Positions 52,367-62,036 of a stretch of DNA of 64,000 bases are shown here, one piece after another. The position numbers were made by a program, and so were the translations under genes. How positions within the stretch are numbered: position 1 is the stretch's first letter; every line of letters starts with the position of its first letter. The stretch is from a virus: IMG/VR virus record IMGVR_UViG_3300047510_002509. One strand, 5' to 3'. The notes beneath the pieces are model-generated. The model did not search any database and had not been told where the DNA came from. It was given only the letters and a program-made list of their open reading frames with translations.

Positions 52367-53932
52367 CTACTCTTCCCTCATTAGTTTTATAAACTCATTG
52401 TGAGTTACTGATTCAGTGTCTGCAACTACTTTTATTAAATGTTTAAAGTTGTTATACCTATGCTCCATAAAAGACCTTGTAAAAGTGTAGAACTCGAAAA
52501 GCTTACTATTTTCTACAAAATCTTTATTTTTTAAGCCTAAGAGAATATATGACCAAGAATCAATTTCAAAGAAGTGGTGATTTAAAAAGTCATTAAGAAT
52601 AAAAGCTCTTCTTTTATTTATCCCTAAATAATGTTTTGCTTTGTCTGGGGCATTTTCCATTGTGTAATGCTCCCAAAACTCCGTGTCAGTTCTACCTCCC
52701 ATATAATGAGCGTAGACAAAACCTATTGTTTCTTCTTGATAGTCTCGCCAATAAGCATTAAATTCATCAATAACAGTTTGGTCCTTTAAATACATCAACT
52801 CTGAGTTAGCCAACAAATGACTTACCCAGTTGACAATTGTTGTCCAAATAGAAGTTGCTTCTAGCGGTTCAATAAACCCTGCAGAAAGACCTACCGTATA
52901 AACATTCTTTTTCCAAGGCTCTTTTAAATAACCAGGAGTCCAAGAGAATGATGTTTCTCTAGGCCATGTTGGTTCATACCCAAGCCATTCAATAATCTCT
53001 GCTTTTGCTTGTTCATCGTCAATCATTCGACTATTAAAGACATAGCCGCAGCCGTATCTACTTTGTAGAGGGATTTTCCACACCCATCCATACTTCATGG
53101 CAATAGCTTCCGTGTATGGAGGTATTTCTTCATCCATGTCTAAGAAAAATGGCATAGCCGCATTTACAGTTAAATGGTTTTCATGAGACACCCACTCTGA
53201 CTCAAACTTCTTTGCAAAGAAGGAGTTAAACCCAGAACAGTCGAACACAAAGTCTGTTTCTATAACTTTCCCTGTTTCCATAACTAAAGTATTTACGTAG
53301 CCTTCTTCATCAGTTGTGAAGTCTTGAACTACTCCTTCAACACGGTTGATTCCTCTTTCTTCTCCTGTTTTAGATAGAAAGGCCGCAAGCTTGCGAGCAT
53401 CAAAGTGCAAAGAAAAGGAGCCCATCTTTTCAAACTGATAAATCGGGTCATCATCTGGATACAGCTCATTTGTTTTCTTTTTAAATGAAACTTTTTTAGC
53501 TTCCCCGAGTCTGCTCATAAAACACCAGTCTGCTTGAGAATCTTGTGTTTTTGCAGCCATAGTAAAAATACTTGGAGTTCCAGCTAGAAGTCTTTCAAAA
53601 CTTAGCTCGGTGGCAGCGCAGTTTCCAAAAGCAACAAACGGGTGATAGAACCAATCATCTTTTCCTTCATTTCGCCAGTTTGTAAACTTAATAGACTGCT
53701 TTAAAGTTACGTCTGCTTCTTTCATCAATTCAGAGACTGGGATTTGAAGTACATCTAAAAACTGAATTAACTGAGGAGTAGAGCCTTCTCCAGCACCAAG
53801 AATCCCGACTTTGTCGGATTCAATTAAAGTAATTCTTTTAGTTGGCAGCATGGTCTTTGCGTATAAAGCAGTAAGCCATCCAGCAGTTCCGCCACCTAAA
53901 ATAGTGACATTCTTTATATCTCTAAGATCCAT
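52367..53932 (-). CDS. Flavin-dependent halogenase (tryptophan halogenase family)
   Basis: GGGTAGW, GAGEGSTP, putative catalytic Lys in TLKQSIKF, GWVWKIP, FIEPLEATSI. Confidence 0.85.
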   Translation of the reverse strand: MDLRDIKNVTILGGGTAGWLTALYAKTMLPTKRITLIESDKVGILGAGEGSTPQLIQFLDVLQIPVSELMKEADVTLKQSIKFTNWRNEGKDDWFYHPFVAFGNCAATELSFERLLAGTPSIFTMAAKTQDSQADWCFMSRLGEAKKVSFKKKTNELYPDDDPIYQFEKMGSFSLHFDARKLAAFLSKTGEERGINRVEGVVQDFTTDEEGYVNTLVMETGKVIETDFVFDCSGFNSFFAKKFESEWVSHENHLTVNAAMPFFLDMDEEIPPYTEAIAMKYGWVWKIPLQSRYGCGYVFNSRMIDDEQAKAEIIEWLGYEPTWPRETSFSWTPGYLKEPWKKNVYTVGLSAGFIEPLEATSIWTTIVNWVSHLLANSELMYLKDQTVIDEFNAYWRDYQEETIGFVYAHYMGGRTDTEFWEHYTMENAPDKAKHYLGINKRRAFILNDFLNHHFFEIDSWSYILLGLKNKDFVENSKLFEFYTFTRSFMEHRYNNFKHLIKVVADTESVTHNEFIKLMREE

Positions 53933-54636
53933 TAGTTGTACTCTTTCTTGTGCCAGATGTTATTTCGATAGTGACCAAACATTTTGGTCATACCATCCCA
54001 CATGCGTTTTGAGGCTTTGTCACCTAAAGTCTCGTCGTACTCTGACTCCCATGCATCTCGTTTGAATGGGAAGATTTGGTAGATAGGAGTTCCTGCTGGA
54101 ATTACTCCTTCAAAATTATCTTTCATGTAAAAAGGTAAATGTCCATGAGGCATTATTGCGTCAGAGTCATGAATACCATTCAATGTTGTGAATGGCAGGT
54201 CATAGCGATTAAACGGATGAGTAATTAATACGCTATAGCCTGGAGGAGTTTGAATAGAAAAGGGTGTTACCCAAGCGTACTGCTGGGGGTTATGCCCTGC
54301 TGGTATTGGTAGTAATTCCATACCATGATTGCTTCTATCATTAATTGGAGTAGGGTCAACAAGCCAATCTAGTTTTAAACCGTCTGGTCGTCTTGTAACC
54401 TGAACATCTTGCCACAATGTGGCTGTATAACCTGAAATCATGGTATCAAAGAAGGGGACGCACATTTTCATGCTGATGTTGGAGCGAGCGCCTCTATCGG
54501 TATAAATAATAGAAGCTTCTTTGCCATCTATAAATCTAGGAGATTTTTTATACCAATCTGGAACTACATTTCTGATAGGTATAGGTGTTTCAGGGTACTC
54601 ATGACTTTTACCGAATTTGATTAGCTTTTTTCCCAT
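53932..54636 (-). CDS. Hypothetical protein (DUF6065-like), paralog of 40252..40983
   Basis: PDWYK, KMCVPFFD...GY, TPPGYS, GIHDSD, QIFPFKRD. Confidence 0.65.
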   Translation of the reverse strand: MGKKLIKFGKSHEYPETPIPIRNVVPDWYKKSPRFIDGKEASIIYTDRGARSNISMKMCVPFFDTMISGYTATLWQDVQVTRRPDGLKLDWLVDPTPINDRSNHGMELLPIPAGHNPQQYAWVTPFSIQTPPGYSVLITHPFNRYDLPFTTLNGIHDSDAIMPHGHLPFYMKDNFEGVIPAGTPIYQIFPFKRDAWESEYDETLGDKASKRMWDGMTKMFGHYRNNIWHKKEYN

Positions 54637-54650
54637 AATGACAGCCTATC

Positions 54651-54833
54651 CTACTTAGTTTCTAAACCATCAAGGACATCCACTTCATTGACAAAAGTAA
54701 TTACACAATTCCATGAGCAAAAGTGTTTATCAATGTTTTTGTGGCTCAAAACTATGTAGTTTTGTTTATTGGCGTAAGTATTCTCGGTCCACGTTTCGCA
54801 AGATGGGCCGTCGCAGTGTAAGGCTAATGACAT
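54651..54833 (-). CDS. Small Zn-finger-like protein
   Basis: CDGPSC...HFCSWNC. Confidence 0.6.
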   Translation of the reverse strand: MSLALHCDGPSCETWTENTYANKQNYIVLSHKNIDKHFCSWNCVITFVNEVDVLDGLETK

Positions 54834-54870
54834 GTCTTTTGTCTTTCTTGTCGTTTTATTATTTCTTAGT

Positions 54871-55167
54871 TTATAGCTCGCCTATGTCCATGTCAAGAGG
54901 TTTGCTGTAGTGAGAGTCGTGAACCCGCTCCGAACTCACACGCTGAGCCAAAGACTTGATTTTCTCGTAACTAAAGCCAGACCAGACTTCGATGTCTGTT
55001 GCGACTATAGGCGCGGTGGTGTACCCCTGCTCGATAAACTCTTTAGCTTTATCTGGATGGTCTTGTAGGGCTACCTCGGTGAACTCGACGCCTTCTACTC
55101 GTAGCATGCGCTTAGTGCTCTCGCACTGGACGCAATTGGGTAAGGTATAAACGTTTACATTAATCAT
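54871..55167 (-). CDS. nrdH: Glutaredoxin-like NrdH-redoxin
   Basis: CVQC active site, APIV, WSGF. Confidence 0.88.
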   Translation of the reverse strand: MINVNVYTLPNCVQCESTKRMLRVEGVEFTEVALQDHPDKAKEFIEQGYTTAPIVATDIEVWSGFSYEKIKSLAQRVSSERVHDSHYSKPLDMDIGEL

Positions 55168-55187
55168 TGTAAAACTATACTCTAGGG

Positions 55188-55970
55188 CTAGGACAGTTTA
55201 ATAATCTGACCAGCATAAATTTTATTTGGATCCTTAATGCCGTTCAGCTTTACTAATGCAGCGACAGTTGTTTTGTTTCTTGCTGCAATTCTAGTAAGAG
55301 TGTCTCCACGCACAACCGTATAGGTTTTAGCAGTTGGCGCAGCCGCAGCTGTGGAAGATGGTTTTGCTTTCGCAGGCGCAGTTGCTGATGGCTTCGTGGC
55401 TGGAGCTTTCTCGTGCGTCGGTGCTGGTGCCACAGGTGCATCCTCTGGAGTCGGTAGGGGTGCAGCTGCAACTACCTTCTCGCTCGCAATTACAGACTTG
55501 ATGAACTCGATTGGCTCCAAAAATCCTGATCCATCTGCTGACCATCCGTGTTTCTTTCCTTTCCAAAACTCAAGGTGTAAATGTACACCAGTACTCATTC
55601 CGCTGGTGCCCATGACACCAATTACTGTTCCAGCTTCCACCTTCTGACCAGACTTAACTTGAATTGAGCCTTTCTCAAGGTGGGCATAAAGATGGCTAAT
55701 CCACTGACCATTTACTTGGCTAGTGATTTTGACATAATAACCAAATCCGCCTGGCTCGCCGCCATTACCTTTTGCATTCGATGCACCTGCAAAATCTACC
55801 TTGCCATCAAAGCAAGCTTCGACATAGGTCTTCTTACCCTTACCAACAATGTCAGTTCCATTGTGGTGCTTCTTATCTTTTGTAACTGGATGAATTCTCC
55901 AGCCCATGTGACTGGTTACCTTCCAGTCTTTGTTTGGAACTCCATCGATGGGGAATTGTGACTTAGCCAT
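55188..55970 (-). CDS. M23 peptidase with C-terminal LysM domain
   Basis: HNGTD, YAHL, HLH; YTVVRGDTL..IA...LNGI.DPN.IYAGQ. Confidence 0.92.
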   Translation of the reverse strand: MAKSQFPIDGVPNKDWKVTSHMGWRIHPVTKDKKHHNGTDIVGKGKKTYVEACFDGKVDFAGASNAKGNGGEPGGFGYYVKITSQVNGQWISHLYAHLEKGSIQVKSGQKVEAGTVIGVMGTSGMSTGVHLHLEFWKGKKHGWSADGSGFLEPIEFIKSVIASEKVVAAAPLPTPEDAPVAPAPTHEKAPATKPSATAPAKAKPSSTAAAAPTAKTYTVVRGDTLTRIAARNKTTVAALVKLNGIKDPNKIYAGQIIKLS

Positions 55971-55979
55971 TAAAGTGAA

Positions 55980-56027
55980 TCTTTCTAGTTGGGAAGTTAT
56001 ATAAAAATACTAAGCCAACTAGAAAGA
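55980..56027. promoter_or_regulatory. 13-bp perfect inverted repeat between the two M23 genes (terminator or operator)
   Basis: TCTTTCTAGTTGG (55980-55992) and CCAACTAGAAAGA (56015-56027). Confidence 0.55.
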
Positions 56028-56057
56028 CACGACTTTAAATTAGAACGCATGTACTAG

Positions 56058-56714
56058 TTACGGTTTTTTCTTAGTGGGCTTTGAATTGAAGCTTGGGACG
56101 GGGTTCACAAGCTTTCCTGTTGGTTTCTTTTTTGCTTTTAAATTACTGGTATCAAAGCTAGGAGGTGTAGTGTTTATGTCTGCATCTTCAGGAGTGATTT
56201 CCTGAGCAGAGCTTTTTAACTTTTCAAACGCCATAACAGCTTCAACAAAAGCAATAGGACTGACAAAACCTTTTCCGTTTAGGTCCCAGCGGTGGGTTTT
56301 TCCTTCAACAATTTCAAAGTGAAGATGTCTTCCAGCAGAAGCTCCAGTGTTTCCCATGATGCCAAGGATTGTTCCAGCTTCGACTTTTTGACCAGTCTTT
56401 ACTTTTAATGAACCCTCTGCCATATGACCAGAACGAGTTACATACCACTTGCCATCAATCTTTGAGCGGATGTCGACGTAGTACCCAATGCCACCTAGAG
56501 AGCCATCAGAGTTTTTTAACTTTGAGGGTCCTGCATATACCACTGTGCCGTCGTGCCATGCTTCGATGTAAATCTTTGGGTTTGATCCCCAAATGTCGTC
56601 ACCGTTATGATGCTTTTTTGTTTTTTCGATGGGATGTATGCGCCATCCAAACGGACTTGTAATTTTCCAAGCCTTGCCTTTTTTCCCGTCAATCGGGTAC
56701 TGAGTTTTAGCCAA
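56058..56714 (-). CDS. M23 family metallopeptidase
   Basis: HNGDD, GHM, HLHFE; N-terminus highly similar to 55188..55970. Confidence 0.9.
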   Translation of the reverse strand: MAKTQYPIDGKKGKAWKITSPFGWRIHPIEKTKKHHNGDDIWGSNPKIYIEAWHDGTVVYAGPSKLKNSDGSLGGIGYYVDIRSKIDGKWYVTRSGHMAEGSLKVKTGQKVEAGTILGIMGNTGASAGRHLHFEIVEGKTHRWDLNGKGFVSPIAFVEAVMAFEKLKSSAQEITPEDADINTTPPSFDTSNLKAKKKPTGKLVNPVPSFNSKPTKKKP

Positions 56715-56760
56715 TTTGTTCCTTACACTAACAAAACAGGGAATATCCCTAATTTCATTA

Positions 56761-57267
56761 TTACAAGGTGTCTGGATAAGTTTTATAGATTAGATGTAAA
56801 ACTGAGTCGTTTACTGGGGTCTTAGCTTTGTAAAGTGATTCTGTTTTGACGAATTCTGACTTCTCTAAAACTCTTATACTCTTCTTATTTTCTCGCTGTA
56901 CATAAGCCTCTAAATAGTTAAGCTTCAAAGCATCAAATGCGTGCTGTCTCAGTAAACGAGTTGCAGTGGTTGCAATATTTCTATTAGACAGTTGTGAGTC
57001 AACCCAGTAGCTAACTAACGCGCTGTTAGTTGCCTTATCTATTTGAAGAATAATTTGACCACAAGGGTAGTTTTGCCAAGAGATAGTAAAAATTTTTGCT
57101 TCAACATCTTCTCTTGGTGCAATCCTATATTGCTCAATATAATGAGCGTTTCTGTCGTATGCGTCTTTTATGCTGGCTGAGTCAACGGTAGTAGCCGTAG
57201 AAACAGAAACCAGACCCTGCGATAAACTCACAAGGTCTGGCTCTATAAATTCTTTGGTGCGTTCCAA
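56761..57267 (-). CDS. GNAT acetyltransferase (RimJ/RimL-like)
   Basis: SYWVD...NRNIAT...N.KS.RVLEKS.F. Confidence 0.7.
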   Translation of the reverse strand: MERTKEFIEPDLVSLSQGLVSVSTATTVDSASIKDAYDRNAHYIEQYRIAPREDVEAKIFTISWQNYPCGQIILQIDKATNSALVSYWVDSQLSNRNIATTATRLLRQHAFDALKLNYLEAYVQRENKKSIRVLEKSEFVKTESLYKAKTPVNDSVLHLIYKTYPDTL

Positions 57268-57525
57268 CTACTCGGTTGGTTCAGCGGGTGGTGCTAGTAC
57301 TTCCGTGACAAAAACATCATCGTAAGTAGGTGGATGTAGATTCTCTTTTGGTTCCCAGTTTTGAAGACCTGCTTCTTCAAGAGCTGCAAAATATGGAGCC
57401 TCTAGGCTTGCCCTATCTGCTTCTACAGCTGGATTGTCGTGGTCTGTTGCTAGTTCTAGCATCTTTGCACGCAGCCAAGCAATCTTCTCCTTCGGGTCAT
57501 CGAAGTGAGGAATTTGAACTGCCAT
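57268..57525 (-). CDS. Hypothetical protein
   Basis: ORF track; likely start at ATG 57525 after SD AAGGAAGG. Confidence 0.6.
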   Translation of the reverse strand: MAVQIPHFDDPKEKIAWLRAKMLELATDHDNPAVEADRASLEAPYFAALEEAGLQNWEPKENLHPPTYDDVFVTEVLAPPAEPTE

Positions 57526-57586
57526 CGTGGTCCTTCCTTGTGCTTTGGTATTCAATCATAGCATTACTACGTATATAGAATACTTT

Positions 57587-57802
57587 TTACTTTTTACCTA
57601 CACGCCGTCTGATTTGAATTGAAATAGACGCCTTCTGAGCTCTATGTTCTCTTTTTGTAAGGCTATGTTCTGTCTCCAGAATATGCCCATAACTGTTAAA
57701 CAACCTAGTAGTGCAATTATTATCGCGATTACATCGCCTTGGGTAAGTGTCATGGGGTAAGTATGTGGGCAAGCCTATTGGCACGTCAATAGGCTCGCCC
57801 AA
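57587..57802 (-). CDS. Hypothetical protein
   Basis: ORF track only; TTG start. Confidence 0.4.
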   Translation of the reverse strand: MGEPIDVPIGLPTYLPHDTYPRRCNRDNNCTTRLFNSYGHILETEHSLTKREHRAQKASISIQIRRRVGKK

Positions 57803-57823
57803 CGGAGTATTTCACATTTATGC

Positions 57824-58234
57824 CTATTTGATGAGAAAACTCTTGATTTGTCTGCCATCAATAATTATTGGAGCTTTTCCATCATGCCAGACCAAAAAGC
57901 CAACTGGCATTTTTAATTGATTTTCGAGAAAGTGGTCCCAGTGGTGGTGTCTGGTTAGCCCAGCTATGGGATTCACATCGTTGTGCCCAGTTTGGTCAGC
58001 TTTAGTGGTTTGAGGCCACCTAACAAATCTGCCTCGAAGGGTGGAGGGGCATCCATTTAATGGATACTCGACTCGAAGGATTACGTTGAAAAGAAGCTTT
58101 CCAGCTCCTACTGTTGTGAAAGATGTTTGCTTCTTTGCGCCAAATCTGACAAGAGTCCATTTATCTGGCTCTATTGTTTGCTTATCTTTTCCTGATTCAG
58201 TTTTTGCTAACAAGGGTGTTCCTAGGTACTGCAA
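57824..58234 (-). CDS. Hypothetical protein
   Basis: ORF track; start uncertain. Confidence 0.55.
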   Translation of the reverse strand: MQYLGTPLLAKTESGKDKQTIEPDKWTLVRFGAKKQTSFTTVGAGKLLFNVILRVEYPLNGCPSTLRGRFVRWPQTTKADQTGHNDVNPIAGLTRHHHWDHFLENQLKMPVGFLVWHDGKAPIIIDGRQIKSFLIK

Positions 58235-58282
58235 GTAGTAAAAGAATTTCTTTTACTGATTACACTATAGAACAGTAAAGAC

Positions 58283-58453
58283 TTACCTACTTGAGTAAAA
58301 CCCTTTTGCTTTAAACACGATTGGCGGGGCAGAGAAAACCCTAGTCATCTCTTCCCCGCACTCCGTGCAAGTCACTTGTTCTTCTTCAGCAGTCATAGAA
58401 CGAACGACTTCTTTGTAATGTTCTTTAGAACATTTGTAGTCGTAAGTTGCCAC
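58283..58453 (-). CDS. FmdB-family zinc-ribbon protein (56 aa)
   Basis: Manual translation MATYDYKCSKEH...CTECG.EM.RVFSAPPIVFKAKGFYSSR. Confidence 0.8.
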   Translation of the reverse strand: MATYDYKCSKEHYKEVVRSMTAEEEQVTCTECGEEMTRVFSAPPIVFKAKGFYSSR

Positions 58454-60501
58454 TACTTATCCTTTTGATTCTCCACAATAAGCTTAATCTCGCAAGCGTC
58501 TGTGGTGCAGTAAGCGTCTCCAATAGCATCAGCTGCAAGACCTGCGTACACTCCAGAAAAATCAATTGGGAAGAGCTTCATCAATGAAGCCTCGTACTCT
58601 TCTTCGGTGATTTGGGTGTAAGGCATTTGTGGGTAGGTAAAGTTTCCTGAAGGTAGGAAAGATACAGTCTTAAGCTGTCCGTCGTACATGTGAAGGACTG
58701 TGCCTACATGTTGACCTTCTGTCTCAGGATCAAATGAAACTGTTACAGATACAGAGTTGTCTGACCAATAGTGCTGAGCCATTGCAGCCAATGACATCTT
58801 CTCAAAGATAGTAACGTCGCGTTCTGCACGTTCTGCATCTGATTTGATTGGGAAGTAAACAACAGAAGTTGTCTCAGGAGATTCAGATGCTGGTTCTACT
58901 GTGTAGTTAGCCATCTTGAAAAGTGGAAGCATTGGGTCATTGTTTCCAAAACGAATTGCTCGCTTGAAGAACTTTCCACCTGGAGTCCAGTGAACTCCTG
59001 GAGACTCTCCTGCAAGAATTGAGACAGTGCCAGAAGGCTTAACGGTTGTGGTCTTAATAGACTCACGGACACCTAGCCACTCTGAGTAAACGGTGTCGTA
59101 CTTTTTAATAACTGCATAGCCTTCATCCATCCACTGACGAAGAGTAGGTAGACCAACTCTGTCTGCGAAGTTTGCAACACCTGACATAGATGTTCCGATG
59201 CGACGGTTACGCTGCATGATTGCGTTTGTCTCTTCCCAGTGGGTTGGAAGAAGAGTTACAGTCTTAGCGTAAAGGTATGCGAACTTTAATGTGCGCTTGT
59301 AATCTTCGAGTGAGTCGTGACGGTTGAGGTAAGTTTCAACGAGCGTACACATTTCATATGATTCGAGAGACTGTTCTGCACAAGGGTTGTAACCTGCGAT
59401 TCGCCAGTCCTTGTTATTGATTGGGTCTGCCAAGCGTCCGTACTGACGAGACGTGTCCATCCAGATAACACCAGGCTCACCATTGCGGACAATTCCATCA
59501 ATGATTGGGTTGAAGTCAGTTCCAACTTCAACTGCGACTGAGTTGTTTGACATCCATGCCCAACCTGGGTTTTCTGCGTCGTATGAGTTGCGCTCAGGGA
59601 AACGCTCTGCATTCTTGAGGTTGAGGAACTCTTCATCATTGATGTCACCAATGAGGATTTCTGCGCTTCGACGAACATTGCCAGAGACTACACAACGACC
59701 AATCAAATTGCCAATATCAGCAATATCTGTACGAGTTAGTTTTTCACCTGCACGTCCAGTAAACATTTTACGAATAATGTCATGAAGAAGAACTAGTGGG
59801 TCTGGACCAGATGCTGTTCCACCAAAGGTTGCAATAGGTGCGCCGTATGGGCGAATCTCTGAGTAATCAAAAGTTAGCGCCTTCTGTCCTTCTTTAAGGA
59901 AAGAGTTAATAAGTGCAACCGTCGACTCCTGCCAGCCTTCGCGGGTGTCGGGGATGAGATAGAAATCCTCACCTGTTGGCTCATAGATAGTGAAGTCTTT
60001 GTCAGCGCCAAGTTGGTCAAAACCAACACCAACACCAAGCATCGATGCTTCCATAAGGAATGCAAAAGGTTTTGCTGGATTTAGCTTTGTCATCTCTGCA
60101 GTTGAAACAAATGCACAGTTTTGAAGTGCAGCAGAGTTTTTCTGCTCATTAACAATTGGAGTTCCCATAACCCAAAGTCCACGTCCTGGTGGAGTCCACT
60201 TCAAGTTGAAGAGACGGTCAAAAAATTCTTTTGCGGATGATTGAGCTTTTGAATCATTCCAAGGGAGACGCTGTGACTTTGCGTAATCCTTCTGAAGTGA
60301 GTATGTACCGTTAGTTACGCGCTCGCAGACATCTGCCCAAGTCTCTTTACTTCCATCTTCTTTCTTACGTGAGTATGTACGTAAGAAGGTGATTTCACCT
60401 ACGGAGTTACCTGCTGAGTCTGTATAACCAAAAGGTGCTTTCTTATCCTTGTACGTTGCAACATAGTCTTTTGACAGGGAAAAAGAGAAAGCAATACTCA
60501 C
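58453..60501 (-). CDS. nrdJ: Adenosylcobalamin-dependent (class II, monomeric RTPR-type) ribonucleotide reductase
   Basis: PPGRGLW, LQNC, GNVRRSA, NPCAEQ, CTLVE, VKPSGT, C-terminal CTTDAC. Confidence 0.93.
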   Translation of the reverse strand: MSIAFSFSLSKDYVATYKDKKAPFGYTDSAGNSVGEITFLRTYSRKKEDGSKETWADVCERVTNGTYSLQKDYAKSQRLPWNDSKAQSSAKEFFDRLFNLKWTPPGRGLWVMGTPIVNEQKNSAALQNCAFVSTAEMTKLNPAKPFAFLMEASMLGVGVGFDQLGADKDFTIYEPTGEDFYLIPDTREGWQESTVALINSFLKEGQKALTFDYSEIRPYGAPIATFGGTASGPDPLVLLHDIIRKMFTGRAGEKLTRTDIADIGNLIGRCVVSGNVRRSAEILIGDINDEEFLNLKNAERFPERNSYDAENPGWAWMSNNSVAVEVGTDFNPIIDGIVRNGEPGVIWMDTSRQYGRLADPINNKDWRIAGYNPCAEQSLESYEMCTLVETYLNRHDSLEDYKRTLKFAYLYAKTVTLLPTHWEETNAIMQRNRRIGTSMSGVANFADRVGLPTLRQWMDEGYAVIKKYDTVYSEWLGVRESIKTTTVKPSGTVSILAGESPGVHWTPGGKFFKRAIRFGNNDPMLPLFKMANYTVEPASESPETTSVVYFPIKSDAERAERDVTIFEKMSLAAMAQHYWSDNSVSVTVSFDPETEGQHVGTVLHMYDGQLKTVSFLPSGNFTYPQMPYTQITEEEYEASLMKLFPIDFSGVYAGLAADAIGDAYCTTDACEIKLIVENQKDK

Positions 60502-60571
60502 GGTAATCTCCTTATGAGATGAAAGGTTGGGGTGTGATTGTATAGTTTAGCGCAGATAAAACAAGATGAAA

Positions 60572-60727
60572 CTAGGACTTAGGTTTATTCCAACCAGAGT
60601 GTTGTCCTGCACATCCTTGTCGAGGACATCTTGGACGACCATGACCGTCGTCATACTCTCTAGGACGTCCACAATATGGACACTTGTCGCGCATGTTTTC
60701 TGGAAGCTTCTCAGGGGTGGGTCTCAT
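60572..60727 (-). CDS. Small Cys-rich protein (51 aa)
   Basis: Manual translation MRPTPEKLPENMRDKCPYCG...RCPRQGC...; SD GAGGAG. Confidence 0.55.
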   Translation of the reverse strand: MRPTPEKLPENMRDKCPYCGRPREYDDGHGRPRCPRQGCAGQHSGWNKPKS

Positions 60728-61109
60728 TGTGGCTCCTCTCTAGGCTATTATCTCCTAAAAAGAAAACGTTCATTTCCAATTCTTGAGCAATAGCCAGCTC
60801 TAATCGAGCACCAGCAGAATTTTCCCAACCGTTAATCATTACTATAGATTCACACTTTAAAAGTGCTTCAATGTCTCGACGCATATAAATCTTGCGTGGG
60901 TAGATGTAGTTCTCGTCAAACTCTTCTGCAGGATTCCATACGGTATATCCCTGTTTTCTGAGGAATTCTGCTGCTTTATTAAACGCTGGACGGTTGTAAT
61001 CTGGAAGCCCTGTCATCGGACCAGAAAGATAGTAAATACTCATTGTTGGTTTTAGAGTCTTTTCTTTTTGGTCTTTAGCAAGAAGATGGGCCATTCGTGG
61101 TGACAACAT
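60711..61109 (-). CDS. DUF4406 / nucleoside deoxyribosyltransferase-like protein
   Basis: YLSGPMTG.PDYN.PAF, NPAE, WENSAGARLE. Confidence 0.8.
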   Translation of the reverse strand: MLSPRMAHLLAKDQKEKTLKPTMSIYYLSGPMTGLPDYNRPAFNKAAEFLRKQGYTVWNPAEEFDENYIYPRKIYMRRDIEALLKCESIVMINGWENSAGARLELAIAQELEMNVFFLGDNSLERSHNETHP

Positions 61110-61636
61110 TAGTGCTCGTGGTTAGAGACAATCATGTCGTACTTTCCACACTCCCCACACTCGATTCTCTCTATTGGACCTTCAATATCATAATCCAAAT
61201 ACAACTGACCATCAATTTCAGTGTCATCTGGGATTCCTGCCTTGTCTACTGCTTCAAGCCACTGACGAACATCTGAGACATATCTTGGATTACCAGTACC
61301 TGCATCCATAAAAATAAACAAAGACGCTGAAGTTGTATTGGTTTTAGTACGACGAATATGCCCATACTCATCTAGGAAAGAGTCTTCTGGATTTTCTTCA
61401 TCATCGAAGTCATAAAGTCTTTGAGGTTTTTCCTCTTCTTCTGGGTCTTCGATTGTCATAAGTTGAGCAAGTAGAAAGTCAGTCATATGAGACGCTTGTT
61501 CAAGACAAAGTGAATATTGACTATCTGGTCGAGACAGGTCCCATTCAATAGGGAACTGTTCTGGGTGATCGGGGTCCCATCCACCTTGGCGCATTAGTTC
61601 TACAGCCATGTGCTGCTTCAACTCTTCTACATTCAT
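61109..61636 (-). CDS. Acidic hypothetical protein
   Basis: ORF track; coupled stop/start codons. Confidence 0.7.
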   Translation of the reverse strand: MNVEELKQHMAVELMRQGGWDPDHPEQFPIEWDLSRPDSQYSLCLEQASHMTDFLLAQLMTIEDPEEEEKPQRLYDFDDEENPEDSFLDEYGHIRRTKTNTTSASLFIFMDAGTGNPRYVSDVRQWLEAVDKAGIPDDTEIDGQLYLDYDIEGPIERIECGECGKYDMIVSNHEH

Positions 61637-61989
61637 TAGCCTTGTTTCCTTAAATCTTTACGAACGATAAGTTTTGCTGGCGGTCTACAACAGCCGTCAC
61701 ATCCGTGAATTGCTACATAGATGTCTTTACTAAGCATAAACTCGTCTGGGTCTGGATGGCCTACGCCATGCGGACAAGTTCTTTCCATAATTCCAAGGTC
61801 GCTTCTCCAATACTGTGGGTATGAGCGCATGTGGTGTTCTGAGCGGTTATGGACAGTGCAAAACGGTCCAATACATTCTTCAGGGTTATGGACATTGTTG
61901 ATAACAATATCTGTGTGCTCTAGAACAGCTGAGTCATATGGCAGTTCGTCGTTAAAAAGTTTTGAGTCTTGTTTCTTTTTCCTAGCCAT
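61636..61989 (-). CDS. Cys/His-rich hypothetical protein
   Basis: ERTCPHGVGHPDPD, HGCDGCC. Confidence 0.7.
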   Translation of the reverse strand: MARKKKQDSKLFNDELPYDSAVLEHTDIVINNVHNPEECIGPFCTVHNRSEHHMRSYPQYWRSDLGIMERTCPHGVGHPDPDEFMLSKDIYVAIHGCDGCCRPPAKLIVRKDLRKQG

Positions 61990-62036
61990 GAGCGTCCTTT
62001 TCTCTTTATGAGTACATCCTACTGTAGAGTCATTCT

